Numbered from the stretch's first letter, positions 37,106 through 47,745 are shown. The stretch is DNA of 64,000 nucleotides from Terriglobia bacterium (GCA_963664115.2 CAXWPJ010000010.1:352001-416000); one strand, 5' to 3'. Notes: generated by a model not told the origin, from the letters alone. Numbers and translations: made by a program.

Positions 37106-37313
37106 GAGGCTACATGGGACTTGCAGGCAGCGCAACGTTTCTCGATGGGGATTCACTGCCTGCTGCCGCGCCCCAATTTCGGATCGAGATTGCCTATTCA
37201 GCCCTTTGCGTCGTAAACTCCTTCTACCCTCGATGGGGTCAGTTGTGCCTCACCCGAGGCTTCAGGCCATAAGGGTTTGGGCTGACGACTGATCTCACGG
37301 CAGGTGGCGATAA

Positions 37314-38924
37314 ATGAATATCCTTCTATACAGTCCGGACAACGGTGTCACCCGCAACTTCATGCCCCACCTGTGGATGTTCCTGCTCAAGTCCCTGACC
37401 CCTTCCGAACATACGGTGTTTCTCCTCGACGGTAACGCCCAGCCGATGAGCGAGGCGCAGCTGGGGCAGTTTGTCCGCAAGAACAAGATTGAACTCGTGG
37501 GCATCGGCGCCATGACCCGAATGGCGGCGCGCGCCTACCGGGCGGCAGACGCCATGCGTGGCGCCGGCGCGAAGGTCGTTTTCGGGGGACCTCACGTCAC
37601 CGAAGTCCCGGACGAGCCTCTCGGGCTGACTGATGAACCCCAGCACGCCGACGCTGTGGCGCTGGGAGAAGCGGACGCGACCTGGCCGCGGATTGTTGCC
37701 GATGCGGCGCGCGGGCAATTGCAGCAACGATACGAGCCTCTCGACTCGTCTGGAAAAGAAGTTAAACCCGATCTTAAGGACTACCCGATCATTCCCTGGG
37801 AAGACATCGACCTCGAGCAGTTCAACCTGCTCGGTCACTTTCCGAAACCAGCGCGATATGTCCTCGGCAAGCTTGGAATGACCTGGAAGAGCCTGCACAT
37901 GGTCCCGATTGAGTCGGGAAGGGGATGTCCCTACGGCTGCGATTTTTGTACGGTGACCGGCTTCTTCGGCGACTCGATCCGGTTTCGGACCGACGAGAGC
38001 GTCGTCGACGAACTGCTCCGACTAAAAGCACGCGCACGACGGGATGGCGGCAAACTGGCGGTCTTCTTCATTGACGACAACTTCGCGATCAATGTGAAGC
38101 GCACGAAATCCCTGCTCCGCGAGATCATTGCCAAAGACGCAATCGTCCCATGGGTGGCCCAGGTCAGCGCAAACTTGCTCAAGGACGAGGAGTTGCTGGA
38201 CCTTATCGAGGATAGCGGCGGGAAGTGGATCTTCATCGGCATGGAGTCGATCGACCCGGAAAACCTGGCCGGCGTGAACAAGAGCTTCAACAAGCCGGGC
38301 GATTTCAAGGGGGTTCTCGATCGCCTTGCGAGCCGTGGAATTTACGCCATCACGTCGTTCATCTTCGGTATGGACGGCGATAGTCCGGGTGTTGCCGCCA
38401 GGACGATCGGACAGATCGAGACCTGGGCTCCCGGCCTGCCCGTCTATGGCCTGATGACGCCCTATCCGGCGACGCCACTTTACGATCGGCTGGCCAAGGA
38501 AGGCCGCTTGACACGACCGCAGCATTGGCTGGATTTTCGCCCGTTCCGAATGGCGTATACGCCTGACGGGATCTCGATCGCTCAGGCCGAGAAAGAAGTG
38601 CGTAGCGCCTGGACCCGTTCTTATTCTGCCCGTCAGATCGCGGCCTCACTCCGTAAGATCCGGCACCGGCCGTTCGCCGAGCGCGCCGTGATGTTCTCGG
38701 CCCAGATGGCGTTCCGGGGAATCTACTTTCCTCAAATGAAGAAGTCCCAGTGGGCCTTGCTGGTTGCACAAAACTCGCGGACGATCTGCGGGCTGATCTG
38801 GGAAGGCGTCCGCCTTCGGTTCACTCGTTCCCGAAGCCCTCAGGTAGCGGAGACCGAGGCCACGTCCGGCCCCGCACCAGTCGCGAGCCCGGCCCCCGCA
38901 ACCGGCTCGAAGATCGACAGATAA
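37314..38924 (+). CDS. B12-binding radical SAM protein
   Basis: N-terminal cobalamin-binding domain (VVFGGPHVT, GEAD..WP), SGRGCPYGCDFC, FFIDDNF, FIGMES. Confidence 0.88.
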   Translation: MNILLYSPDNGVTRNFMPHLWMFLLKSLTPSEHTVFLLDGNAQPMSEAQLGQFVRKNKIELVGIGAMTRMAARAYRAADAMRGAGAKVVFGGPHVTEVPDEPLGLTDEPQHADAVALGEADATWPRIVADAARGQLQQRYEPLDSSGKEVKPDLKDYPIIPWEDIDLEQFNLLGHFPKPARYVLGKLGMTWKSLHMVPIESGRGCPYGCDFCTVTGFFGDSIRFRTDESVVDELLRLKARARRDGGKLAVFFIDDNFAINVKRTKSLLREIIAKDAIVPWVAQVSANLLKDEELLDLIEDSGGKWIFIGMESIDPENLAGVNKSFNKPGDFKGVLDRLASRGIYAITSFIFGMDGDSPGVAARTIGQIETWAPGLPVYGLMTPYPATPLYDRLAKEGRLTRPQHWLDFRPFRMAYTPDGISIAQAEKEVRSAWTRSYSARQIAASLRKIRHRPFAERAVMFSAQMAFRGIYFPQMKKSQWALLVAQNSRTICGLIWEGVRLRFTRSRSPQVAETEATSGPAPVASPAPATGSKIDR

Positions 38925-38966
38925 ACGGCCGCATTCGCGGTCGAATCCAGCCTACCCCGAACGGAA

Positions 38967-39725
38967 ATGGACAAGAACTCTCCAGCTCTGGTCGAGTCTC
39001 TCAGAGTTGCGCAGCAGATCATGATATTCACCGGCGCCGGCATCTCCACGGCGAGCGGAATCCCTGACTTTCGCGGGCCACAGGGCGTGTGGACGCGACG
39101 CAAGCCGGTCTACTACCAGGATTTCATGACGTCGGAAGAGGCGCGTGTTGAACACTGGGCGGACAAGTTAGAAGGATGGCCTGCAATGGCCGCGGCACGA
39201 CCCAACGCCGTGCATCACGCGATCGTCAAACTCGAAAAGGCTGAAAAAATTGGCAGCGTCGTGACCCAGAACATTGACGGCTTACATTCGCTGGCTGGAA
39301 CCCATCCCGATCTTCTGGTCGAACTCCACGGTACGAACTTACTTGTGGAATGTCAGAGCTGCCACCAGCGTGGCGATCCTGAACCGCAGCTTGATTACTT
39401 CCGGGAACACGGCCAGTCTCCTTTATGTGCCTGCGGCGGATTCCTGAAAATGGCGACGATCAGCTTCGGGCAGGGTCTGGATCCGAGCTCGCTCGATCGT
39501 GCGGCCGAAGCGGCCGCAAAGGCCGACCTTGTTGTCGCCCTCGGCTCCACGCTTTCGGTGCATCCCGCGGCCTCGTTTCCATTGTTGGCGGCCAGCCGGG
39601 GCGTTCCTTATGTCATCATAAATAGAGGAGTGACCGAGCACGATAACGAACCCGTCGTATCTTTAAGACTGGATGGCGACGTGGGAGAAATCTTCGCCCG
39701 CGCGGTAGACCTGGCCTTGGCATAG
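38967..39725 (+). CDS. cobB: NAD-dependent protein deacylase (Sir2/CobB family)
   Basis: FTGAGISTASGIPDFRGPQG, TQNIDGLH, ELHG, CxxC...CxC zinc site, GSTLSVHPAA. Confidence 0.9.
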   Translation: MDKNSPALVESLRVAQQIMIFTGAGISTASGIPDFRGPQGVWTRRKPVYYQDFMTSEEARVEHWADKLEGWPAMAAARPNAVHHAIVKLEKAEKIGSVVTQNIDGLHSLAGTHPDLLVELHGTNLLVECQSCHQRGDPEPQLDYFREHGQSPLCACGGFLKMATISFGQGLDPSSLDRAAEAAAKADLVVALGSTLSVHPAASFPLLAASRGVPYVIINRGVTEHDNEPVVSLRLDGDVGEIFARAVDLALA

Positions 39726-39840
39726 CAGACCGTTCCGGCCCATCTCGAAAAGCCCCTGAAAAATGAAAGCTAAGGACTTCTGTTTGCCAGGGTCTATGCG
39801 TAGAATGGTTTTGACCCAGGTCACCGATGTAAGATTGCGA

Positions 39841-40629
39841 ATGCGAATGAAGCGACTGTTACAGATCATCGCTGGTGCGCTGCTACCTCTGCCCCTGCTC
39901 GCGATTCAGCTTTTTCCGGGACAAGAGCTGGGCGGTTACGGTGGAGTGGATGGTTCAGAGTTCGTATTTGCGCGGCTGCGGTACAACGAGGGATTGAGTA
40001 ATTTCCGGGGCTGGGGGGGAAGACCCAGCTGGGCGGTCGACTGGCCGAAAGCCGACAAGCAGTTCATATTCGCCATCGACCGGATGTCCAATGTCCGGGT
40101 CGTTCTCGACAAGGATGTTGCGATCGACATCATGGACCCCAATCTGTTCAGCTATCCCTTCCTCTATGCACTCGAAGTCGGCCGCGGTATGACCCTCAGC
40201 ACACCGGAGGCCGAACGTCTGCGCGAATACATGCTTCGGGGTGGTTTTCTGGTGATCGATGATTTCTGGGGCACTTATGAGTGGCAGAACTTCTACGCTC
40301 AATTGCACAAGATCTTCCCGGACCGGGAACCCGAGGAAATCCCGCTGACGCACCAGATTTTCCACTCGTTCTTCGACATCCCGGAGATCCTCCAGGTACC
40401 GAACGTGAACAATGGTTGCAGAGGAGGTCCCACATACCAGCGGGATGGCTATGTGCCCCATGCCCTGGCGATTTTCGATGACGATAGGCGCCCGATGATG
40501 GTGATCAACTTCAACACCGACATCGGCGATGCCTGGGAATGGGCCGATGTGGAGTGCTATCCCAACCGGTACGCGGGCTATGCATTCCGCATGGGGATCA
40601 ACTGGATCGTCTATTCGATGACCCACTGA
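39841..40629 (+). CDS. DUF4159 domain protein
   Basis: FVFARLRY, W.VDWPKAD, YPFLYALEVG, LREYMLRGGFLVIDDFWG, NTDIGDAWEWAD, MGINWIVYSMTH. Confidence 0.82.
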   Translation: MRMKRLLQIIAGALLPLPLLAIQLFPGQELGGYGGVDGSEFVFARLRYNEGLSNFRGWGGRPSWAVDWPKADKQFIFAIDRMSNVRVVLDKDVAIDIMDPNLFSYPFLYALEVGRGMTLSTPEAERLREYMLRGGFLVIDDFWGTYEWQNFYAQLHKIFPDREPEEIPLTHQIFHSFFDIPEILQVPNVNNGCRGGPTYQRDGYVPHALAIFDDDRRPMMVINFNTDIGDAWEWADVECYPNRYAGYAFRMGINWIVYSMTH

Positions 40630-40642
40630 ATGCGCGCGGTGA

Positions 40643-41263
40643 TTACCCCATGATCGACCCACCGCCGTGCGGGTCCACCCGCGGGCAGATACCCAGCCCC
40701 CGGCTGCTGTAACCTACCTCGTGGCTGCTGACGAAGAGCCCCTTTTTGCCAAAGGCCCCAATCGTTACAAAGCGTTTATTATCCGTACGATCCATTGTCC
40801 ACGTGTGTTTGTTTACCATCAGTCGCTTGCCTGTGGTGGCGAAGTAAAGGAATAGCGTCAGAACCACTTCTGCCGCCGAGGCGAGATACTGTCGGGAGCC
40901 CTTAATACTATCGGCATAGTATATTGGCTGGCCAACGCTGTCGGGTGTGACCGCCATCGCCACCGAGTGCCACCCCGGTTCGCATCCGATCTTGCCGAAC
41001 GGCTCTTCGAGGTACCAGGGATGGTCAAAAAAAACAGGTTCCCGCGACGGATCGGTACCGACCGCTTTCCTGAGGTTCAGGATCGATAAAGCGCTGTGGT
41101 CCTCCGGCGTGGGAAAAGTGATAAAGCCCTGTTTGTTCTGTACCTTGTCGGAATTCAAGCTCTCAATTTCCGCTTGGGTGAATCGGGCCCGAATGCCCAT
41201 GCGGTCCAATAGTTGTTGCACTTCTTGTGGAGACAATAGAAGGGAAGCCGCAGGCTCAATCAT
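40643..41263 (-). CDS. Hypothetical protein
   Basis: 206-aa ATG ORF filling the gap between known genes; no recognised motif. Confidence 0.55.
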   Translation of the reverse strand: MIEPAASLLLSPQEVQQLLDRMGIRARFTQAEIESLNSDKVQNKQGFITFPTPEDHSALSILNLRKAVGTDPSREPVFFDHPWYLEEPFGKIGCEPGWHSVAMAVTPDSVGQPIYYADSIKGSRQYLASAAEVVLTLFLYFATTGKRLMVNKHTWTMDRTDNKRFVTIGAFGKKGLFVSSHEVGYSSRGLGICPRVDPHGGGSIMG

Positions 41264-41509
41264 AATACTATATATGTAGTTACTATTCCGCTGTTCTCGA
41301 ATTCCCGGGCAACTGCCCGAACCGTCCGATCCTTGTAACCCTAAGTTATATTAGAAGTTACGATTGACAGTCAATCCTCGCTATGGTAGTTTGCGATTCA
41401 CGTATTCTTAGGGGCGTTTCGGGAGCCGCAAATCTCGAGGGATGCGGTTTCCGCGTTAACCCGAGTTGGTTTAGATGTTAGTACAGCGCAAGAGACTGAA
41501 AACCTGAAA

Positions 41510-42790
41510 ATGACGACAGCAAGTAATTCTTCCGTTCTCTCCACTCGCGACGTCCGGCGGACCGTTCTCGATAACGGACTCGTGGTCCTGACGCGGGAAA
41601 GCCACCGCTCGCCGACCGTCAACAGCATGATCTGGTACGGCGTGGGGTCATCCGACGAAGTGGCGGGGCACACGGGAAGTTCCCACTTTCTTGAGCACAT
41701 GCTCTTTAAGGGTACCGCCCGATATGGAAAAGGCGTCATCGACCTGGTGACGATGAGGAACGGCGGTAGCAACAATGCCTTCACGTCCTACGATTTCACG
41801 GCCTACTACTTCAGTTTTGCCTCCGACCGCTGGGAAACGGCCATCGACATCGAATCCGATCGCATGATCCACACGATATTCGATCCTGCCGAATTCGAAG
41901 CGGAAAAGAGCGTTGTCATCGAAGAGTTGAAATCATGTCTGGACCAGCCGTGGGGAAAACTGATGCAGGAACTCAGTAAAACGGCTTTCGAGCGACACAG
42001 CTATCGCAACCCCGTCATCGGATGGCTTTCGGATGTGGAAGCGGCAACGCCCTCTGCGATGGAGGCGCACTATCGCCAGTACTATCACCCTGCCAACGCC
42101 ACCCTTGTTTTGGTTGGCGATTTCGAAACCGGCCACGCGTTGGACCTGGTAAAGGGCGCTTTCGGGCAGATTCCGGCGGGTGAATCCCAGCCCAGACATA
42201 CGCTTCAGGAACCCGAACAAAACGGTGAGAAACGGCTTGACGTGCGGTGGCGATCTGAGGTGCCCCGGATGGCCATCGCCTATCACACCCCGGCTATCGG
42301 GCATCCCGACTCTTACGCCTTGCAGGTTCTTTCCGTCGCGCTGGCCGAAGGCAAGGCCTCACGGTTCTACCAGCGACTCGTTGAGCGGGAGGGGTCCACC
42401 ACCTTCATGAGTGCAGAGTATGGCGAGTCCCGGGATCCGACGCTGTTCTATATTCGTGGCGAAGGCTGTGGCGACGGTCCTCCCGAAGCCATTGAAGCCA
42501 GTGTCCACGACGAATTGTCCCGGATCGCAACGGACGGAATCAACGCAGATGAACTCGAGAGGGCAAAACATCAGATCGAAGCCCACTTTGTGTTTTCGCT
42601 GGAGCGAACCCTGGATCAGGCGATGTTGCTCGGCCAGATCGAAACGCTCGCTGAACTGAACTACATCGACCAGTATCTGTCTCACATCGCCGCCGTCGAT
42701 ACCGCCGCCGTAGCCGAGGTCTGTCGAAAGTACCTTTGCGAGAGCAATCGGACCGTGGCGTGGTTGTTGCCCGAAGAGGCCGGTCCTTGA
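41510..42790 (+). CDS. M16 (pitrilysin) family zinc protease, catalytic subunit
   Basis: LDNGLVV, GSSHFLEHMLFKGT (HxxEH), NAFTSYDFTAY, EKSVVIEE. Confidence 0.92.
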   Translation: MTTASNSSVLSTRDVRRTVLDNGLVVLTRESHRSPTVNSMIWYGVGSSDEVAGHTGSSHFLEHMLFKGTARYGKGVIDLVTMRNGGSNNAFTSYDFTAYYFSFASDRWETAIDIESDRMIHTIFDPAEFEAEKSVVIEELKSCLDQPWGKLMQELSKTAFERHSYRNPVIGWLSDVEAATPSAMEAHYRQYYHPANATLVLVGDFETGHALDLVKGAFGQIPAGESQPRHTLQEPEQNGEKRLDVRWRSEVPRMAIAYHTPAIGHPDSYALQVLSVALAEGKASRFYQRLVEREGSTTFMSAEYGESRDPTLFYIRGEGCGDGPPEAIEASVHDELSRIATDGINADELERAKHQIEAHFVFSLERTLDQAMLLGQIETLAELNYIDQYLSHIAAVDTAAVAEVCRKYLCESNRTVAWLLPEEAGP

Positions 42791-44121
42791 AGGCGCCCCG
42801 GTCGCTCTTGCCAAACAGTCGCCGCAAGGACAGACTCCCATCCCCGGGGAAGGCAGCATTTCACCCGGAACGCTTCACACTGAGCAATGGCTTGAGGGTC
42901 CTGCTTGCCGAAAACGCCGCATTGCCGGCCATATCTTTGAGCTTAAGTGTTCAGGCCGGCGCTCGCGCTGAGCCCGAAGACCGTGCCGGAACGGCCGTCC
43001 TGCTCAGCCGTTTGCTGGATGAAGGAACCACGAGCCGTTCTTCGTTGGAGATCGCCGAAGCCATCGAGTCCGTGGGCGGGGCCATCGATTGTGACTGCTC
43101 CTACGAACGGGTGTCGGCGTTCCTTGGCGTATTGAGCAAAGACATTGATCTCGGGTTGGCACTCGTCGCCGACATCGTGATGCATCCCGTCCTCGGGGAA
43201 GAGGCTTTGGCCAAAGAGCGCGACCGCGTCCTGGCGGAAATCCGCAGCGCGATGGACCGCCCACAGACCGTAGCGGGATGGGAATTTAATGAGCTGGTCT
43301 ATCGGGATCACCCTCTGCACCGTCCGGTGCACGGTTATCCTCACACGATAGAAAAGATCACCCGTGGAGACCTCCGGGAATTTCATAAACGGCATTTCCA
43401 TTCCAACAACGCCATGGTGTCCGTCGTCGGTGATTTCAAGACACCCGACATGTTGTCCCGATTGGAATCGGCGTTCGGCGGGTGGGAACCCGGCGAGATC
43501 GACAACAGTCGCGAAACTACGCTCGAACGCCAAAGCGATGTGCGCCGAAAGTTTCTGAAGGTGGAGAGCGAACAGGCGCATATCTATTTTGGTCATCTCG
43601 GCGTGCGGCGAACGCATCCGGATTACTATGCCCTGCAGGTTCTCGATACGATTCTGGGCGGGGGGGCCGGTCTCACGGCCCGCATACCGCGCAAGCTACG
43701 GGATGAGCAGGGCCTGGCGTATACGACCTTCGCCAGCATCACCGGGTCGGCCGGCTTGGATCCGGGCAAGTTCCTGGCTTACATGGGAACTTCTCCCGCG
43801 AACATCGGACGGGCGATAGCCGGATTCAAAACCGAAATCCAATCGGTCATTGCCGAAGGCGTGACTTCCGAAGAGTTGGATGACGCCAAAGCATATCTGA
43901 CAGGCAACTTCGTCTTTGCGTTCGAGTCCAATTCGCGAATCGCGCGATTCCTGCTGAGCGCGGAGGTCTTCGGTCTCGGGTTCGACTATGTCGAAAAATA
44001 CCCCGGCTACATCGAAGCCCTCACCTTGGAAGACATCGCTCGGGTCGCGGCCCAGCACTTGAGCACGGAACATTACTCGCTGGTGATTTCCAGCTCGGAA
44101 GATACCGAGGAGTTCGAGTAG
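42787..44121 (+). CDS. M16 family protease, non-catalytic partner subunit
   Basis: LSNGLRV, no HxxEH, ILGGG...LRDEQGLAY; overlaps the partner's stop. Confidence 0.88.
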   Translation: MKAPRSLLPNSRRKDRLPSPGKAAFHPERFTLSNGLRVLLAENAALPAISLSLSVQAGARAEPEDRAGTAVLLSRLLDEGTTSRSSLEIAEAIESVGGAIDCDCSYERVSAFLGVLSKDIDLGLALVADIVMHPVLGEEALAKERDRVLAEIRSAMDRPQTVAGWEFNELVYRDHPLHRPVHGYPHTIEKITRGDLREFHKRHFHSNNAMVSVVGDFKTPDMLSRLESAFGGWEPGEIDNSRETTLERQSDVRRKFLKVESEQAHIYFGHLGVRRTHPDYYALQVLDTILGGGAGLTARIPRKLRDEQGLAYTTFASITGSAGLDPGKFLAYMGTSPANIGRAIAGFKTEIQSVIAEGVTSEELDDAKAYLTGNFVFAFESNSRIARFLLSAEVFGLGFDYVEKYPGYIEALTLEDIARVAAQHLSTEHYSLVISSSEDTEEFE

Positions 44122-44216
44122 CTGTTTCTGGCGCCCGGGCCTGTCTTTAGGTATTCTTCCCTTCAAGAGCGGGCGCGCGATCGCACACCGGCGGCTCCCG
44201 CACTCAGTACGGAACA

Positions 44217-44651
44217 ATGTTACAAACGCGCATCATCATCGGTAGTTTCCTGCTGTTCGGACTGGCGATGATGGGGTTGTGGTCTGCCGCTTCCCAACCA
44301 CCGCCGGGCAATACGGACCCCCTGGTCTTCATTGAAGCCGAAGCGGACTTTCCCGACTATGTCGAGTTTCCCCGCCTTGGAATTCGGACAGGTAGCAATT
44401 TTGTGGGCCATAGAATTCAGGTGATCGAAGGGACGATCAGTAACGTCAGCGAACAAACCCTGCGTTCGGTCGAGTTGAACCTGTCGTTCAACGGCTACGA
44501 CGGGGAGGTCGTGCTGGAGTCTCCCGAGTAGGGCCTGCGTTCACCGCTTCCAGCTGGCGAGGACAGGCGCTACAGCTTTCGCTTCGAAAACCTTCCCGAG
44601 GGCTGGAACTACCGCGTTCCCGACGTCGATATTGTCCGAATCGGATACTGA
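44217..44651 (+). pseudogene. Membrane-anchored FxLYD-like Ig-fold protein interrupted by TAG at 44529
   Basis: IEGTISNVSEQTLRSVEL..F...DG then TAG; the same frame continues PLPAGEDRRYSFRFENLPEGWNYRVPDVDIVRIGY*. Confidence 0.65.
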
Positions 44652-44906
44652 TCCAATGCGAAACTTACTAAGTTTCAGGATCGGAGCGGGCCACAGGCTT
44701 CGATCTCGTCTTCGACGTGACGGCGACCCCGCCTTTCAATGTTGCTGCCCCTATGCTGAGGCGCCACACCATGCGGTCGTTCTGCATCCCAATTCCTAAA
44801 TCCTGTTCACAGTTGAAAGTTTTCTTGCGTACAAAATCTGGCTGCAGTTATCTTGACGCTATTGTTCCACCCACAGCGTGACTCTCTATCGACGGAAAAA
44901 ACCTTG

Positions 44907-45899
44907 ATGATACGGAAAAGTCGGGTTGTTTGGCTGATCCCCTTCCTGTTCGTGGCCTGTGGTGGGCCCCCGAACGAAACGGCCACAAGTCCGCTTACAC
45001 AAATTGACCCGGCCGACGCCGAGGCCCAGTACAACCTGGCTCTGAGGTATTACGATGGCGAGAGCGGGGCGGCCGATTACGGCGCGGCGCGGGTGTGGTA
45101 TGAGAGGGCAGCCGCACAGGACTATGCCCCCGCGCAGTACAACCTGGCTTTGATGTACTACGACGGCGAAGGTGGGACCCGGGACTACAGTGTGGCGCGG
45201 CGATGGTATGAGAGAGCAGCCGAACAAGGATATGCTCCTGCGCAGCTCAACCTGGCTTTGATGCATTACGACGGCGAAGGTGGGACCGCCGACCATAGCG
45301 CGGCGCGCAGCTGGTATGAGAGCGCGGCCAAACAGGGACATCCCGATGCCCAATTCCTGTTGGCGCTGATGTATCACGAGGGCGAAGGCGGGGCCGTCGA
45401 CCACAGTGCGGCGCGGGCGTGGCATGAGAGTGCGGCCCGACAGGGCTATGCGACCGCGCAGTTCAATCTGGCGTTGATGCATTACACCGGCGAGGGCGGA
45501 GCTGCCGACTACAACGCGGCGCGGGCGTGGTACGAGAGAGCAGCCCAACAGAGGTATGCCCCGGCGCAGTTCAATCTGGCGCTGATGTACTACGCGGGCG
45601 AAGGTGGAGCCGTCGACTACAGTGTGGCGCGGACATGGTATGAGAGTGCGGCCCGTCAGGGGTATGCGCCGGCGCAGTTGAGTGTGGCGTTAATGTATTA
45701 CAACGGGGAGGGTGGGCCACCGGACGTCACTTTGGCCTATGCGTGGTTCCATGCTGCAGCTGAGCAAGGTGAGGCAGACGCGGCTGAATACCGGGAAAGT
45801 TTAGACGCAGCCTCTGAGTGGCCCAACGGCACCTCTCTCACAGAAGCTCAGCAGCTTGCAGACATGTACTATCAGACGTACGTGGAGCCATTTAATTGA
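44907..45899 (+). CDS. Sel1-repeat lipoprotein
   Basis: Lipobox-like FVAC; seven 36-aa Sel1 repeats (AQ.NLALMYY.GEGG..DY..AR.WYE.AA.QG), 108-bp tandem units. Confidence 0.9.
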   Translation: MIRKSRVVWLIPFLFVACGGPPNETATSPLTQIDPADAEAQYNLALRYYDGESGAADYGAARVWYERAAAQDYAPAQYNLALMYYDGEGGTRDYSVARRWYERAAEQGYAPAQLNLALMHYDGEGGTADHSAARSWYESAAKQGHPDAQFLLALMYHEGEGGAVDHSAARAWHESAARQGYATAQFNLALMHYTGEGGAADYNAARAWYERAAQQRYAPAQFNLALMYYAGEGGAVDYSVARTWYESAARQGYAPAQLSVALMYYNGEGGPPDVTLAYAWFHAAAEQGEADAAEYRESLDAASEWPNGTSLTEAQQLADMYYQTYVEPFN

Positions 45900-46068
45900 T
45901 CGGGGCATGGGGCTATTTCGTTAGCAATTTTCCTGCGGCAGGGAGAGCCTCCAGCTTGGGACGGGGGTGTCGTCAGGACATGAGCTTCTGATTGCGCAGA
46001 ACTCCTGCCTTTTAGTATCGTTTGTGGACGCTTGATTCCGGTCCGCCGTTTTACTAAGGACGTTCTTT

Positions 46069-46567
46069 GTGAGTCTGAACATTGGCAAGCTTTCTTTGAT
46101 GCTGAGCATGAGTGTGGGGCTATTGATGGCTGCCGGTTGCGGGGGTGGCTCGTCCCCTGAACCCGCTAACGACATTGCCGCTGAACCGTCACCCGCACCC
46201 GCCGCATCCACCGTCATCTTGGACGGCCTGATGTGGACAGCCGAAGATAACGGGCAGGACATCGATTGGAACAACTCGAGTGCCTACTGCGAGGAGTTGA
46301 CGCTGGACGGATTTACCGACTGGGGGCTGGCGACCGTGTCCCAGCTGGAGTCCCTGTACGATCCGACCGAAAGTTACATCCCGGAAGGCGGGGGGGGCTC
46401 CTGTGAACGTCAAGAATCCGATTCAGTTGACCTCTGACTCGGTCTGGAGTTCGGAGCGATCCGGTACGGGTTCCGCGTGGTATTTCTTTTTCGCCAGGGG
46501 CTACCGGAACTCGCTCCAGCTCATCAACCCCAGCGGCGGACGGGTGTTGTGCGTGCGTGTTCCCTGA
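46069..46567 (+). pseudogene. DUF1566/Lcl-type lipoprotein, frameshifted at a G8 tract (46390-46397)
   Basis: Lipobox AAGC; GLMW...WNNSSAYCEELTLDGFTDW.L.T..QLESL; C-terminus VWSS...AWYFFF..G...RVLCVR in a shifted frame. Confidence 0.78.
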
Positions 46568-46668
46568 GTAACGAGAGGATCATTTTCGCTTCCGATAATG
46601 CCGTTAGGGGTTCTGAAAATAGCAGAAATACATCGTATATTTTGTCTTCTATGAGGGAGTAACAGCTT

Positions 46669-47745
46669 ATGAAACGCAACTTGCTGATGGGGTTATTTGG
46701 GTTGATGCTTTTGGCCGGTTCAATGGCCGCGGAAGTGGATGCCCAGATCCCTTCGATCGAAGAATTGGCCCAACTCCATGTGGCCCGTGCACGGGACGCG
46801 GCCTACGAGCCGGGATTTGATTTTACCTACATTTTCGACGGTCTTTGCCGAAAGCCCAGTCCCGCACAGCTTGCCGCTTCCGCGCAGCCAACCGCCACTC
46901 CGGTCCGCGCAGCCAACCGCCATCCGGCCAACCAGCCCGCTGGCCGAAGCACGGTCCCGCCGAGGGAAGAATGGCATCTGGAACCCGCCAAGATATTCGA
47001 CAACCTTTACTTCTTGGGGAGCGTCAACGACTCGGCCTGGGCGGTCACCACATCCGAGGGCATCATCATTGTCGATTCCACCGTGGAGTTCGCCGTCGAA
47101 GGACAGATTGTTGAAGGTCTCCGGGCCTTTGGTCTGGATCCCGCTGATATCCGCTACGTGGTTCTAAGCCACGCACATGGCGATCGCTATTTTGGAGCGA
47201 AGCATCTCCAGGACACTTACAACGCCCGCGTTATCATGTCGGGGGCCGACTGGGTTACAGTTGCCGACAGCAACGAGCCCGACGAACTCAAGCCCAGGAA
47301 AGACATGGTCGCCACCGACGGGATGAAGCTTACGCTGGGTGATACCACGCTTACGCTCAACCTTACGCCCGGGCACACTCCGGGGACGATTTCGACGCTG
47401 ATTCCGTTGAAGGATGGCAACGAAACCCATGTGGGTAGCATCTGGGGCGGGAACGCATTTGGCTACGAACGTTACGGGCTCCGTTACTTTCCGACGCAAT
47501 CCGACGCCATAAGAACCTGGAGAGACTCTTCCAGGCGCTACATGGAAATCGCGAAAGAGGCTGGTGCCGATACCTATCTGTCGATCCATCCGCACCATGA
47601 CCTGACCCCGGCCAAGATCAACGCCCTGCGGTTTCGCATGCCGGGTGACCCGCATCCTTTCGTCAGTGCTGACGCCGTCCAGAACCATCTGACGGTCAGC
47701 ACCGAATGCATGGAAGCACAGTTGGCCTGGAGAAACGGCCAGTAG
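46669..47745 (+). CDS. Exported metallo-beta-lactamase-fold hydrolase (subclass B3-like)
   Basis: EPAKIFDNLYFLG, TTSEGIIIVD, SHAHGDR, TPGHTPG, IHPHH. Confidence 0.85.
   Translation: MKRNLLMGLFGLMLLAGSMAAEVDAQIPSIEELAQLHVARARDAAYEPGFDFTYIFDGLCRKPSPAQLAASAQPTATPVRAANRHPANQPAGRSTVPPREEWHLEPAKIFDNLYFLGSVNDSAWAVTTSEGIIIVDSTVEFAVEGQIVEGLRAFGLDPADIRYVVLSHAHGDRYFGAKHLQDTYNARVIMSGADWVTVADSNEPDELKPRKDMVATDGMKLTLGDTTLTLNLTPGHTPGTISTLIPLKDGNETHVGSIWGGNAFGYERYGLRYFPTQSDAIRTWRDSSRRYMEIAKEAGADTYLSIHPHHDLTPAKINALRFRMPGDPHPFVSADAVQNHLTVSTECMEAQLAWRNGQ

Noticed and set aside
37314-39725. B12 radical SAM as maturase for the bacteriocin peptides, or Sir2 as an anti-phage effector
   Set aside because: The enzyme is 16 kb from the precursors with no evident RRE/SPASM domain. 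The sirtuin is a standard stand-alone CobB type with no defence partner.
45017-45775. 108-bp tandem repeats as a non-coding array
   Set aside because: Fully explained by seven in-frame Sel1 repeats.
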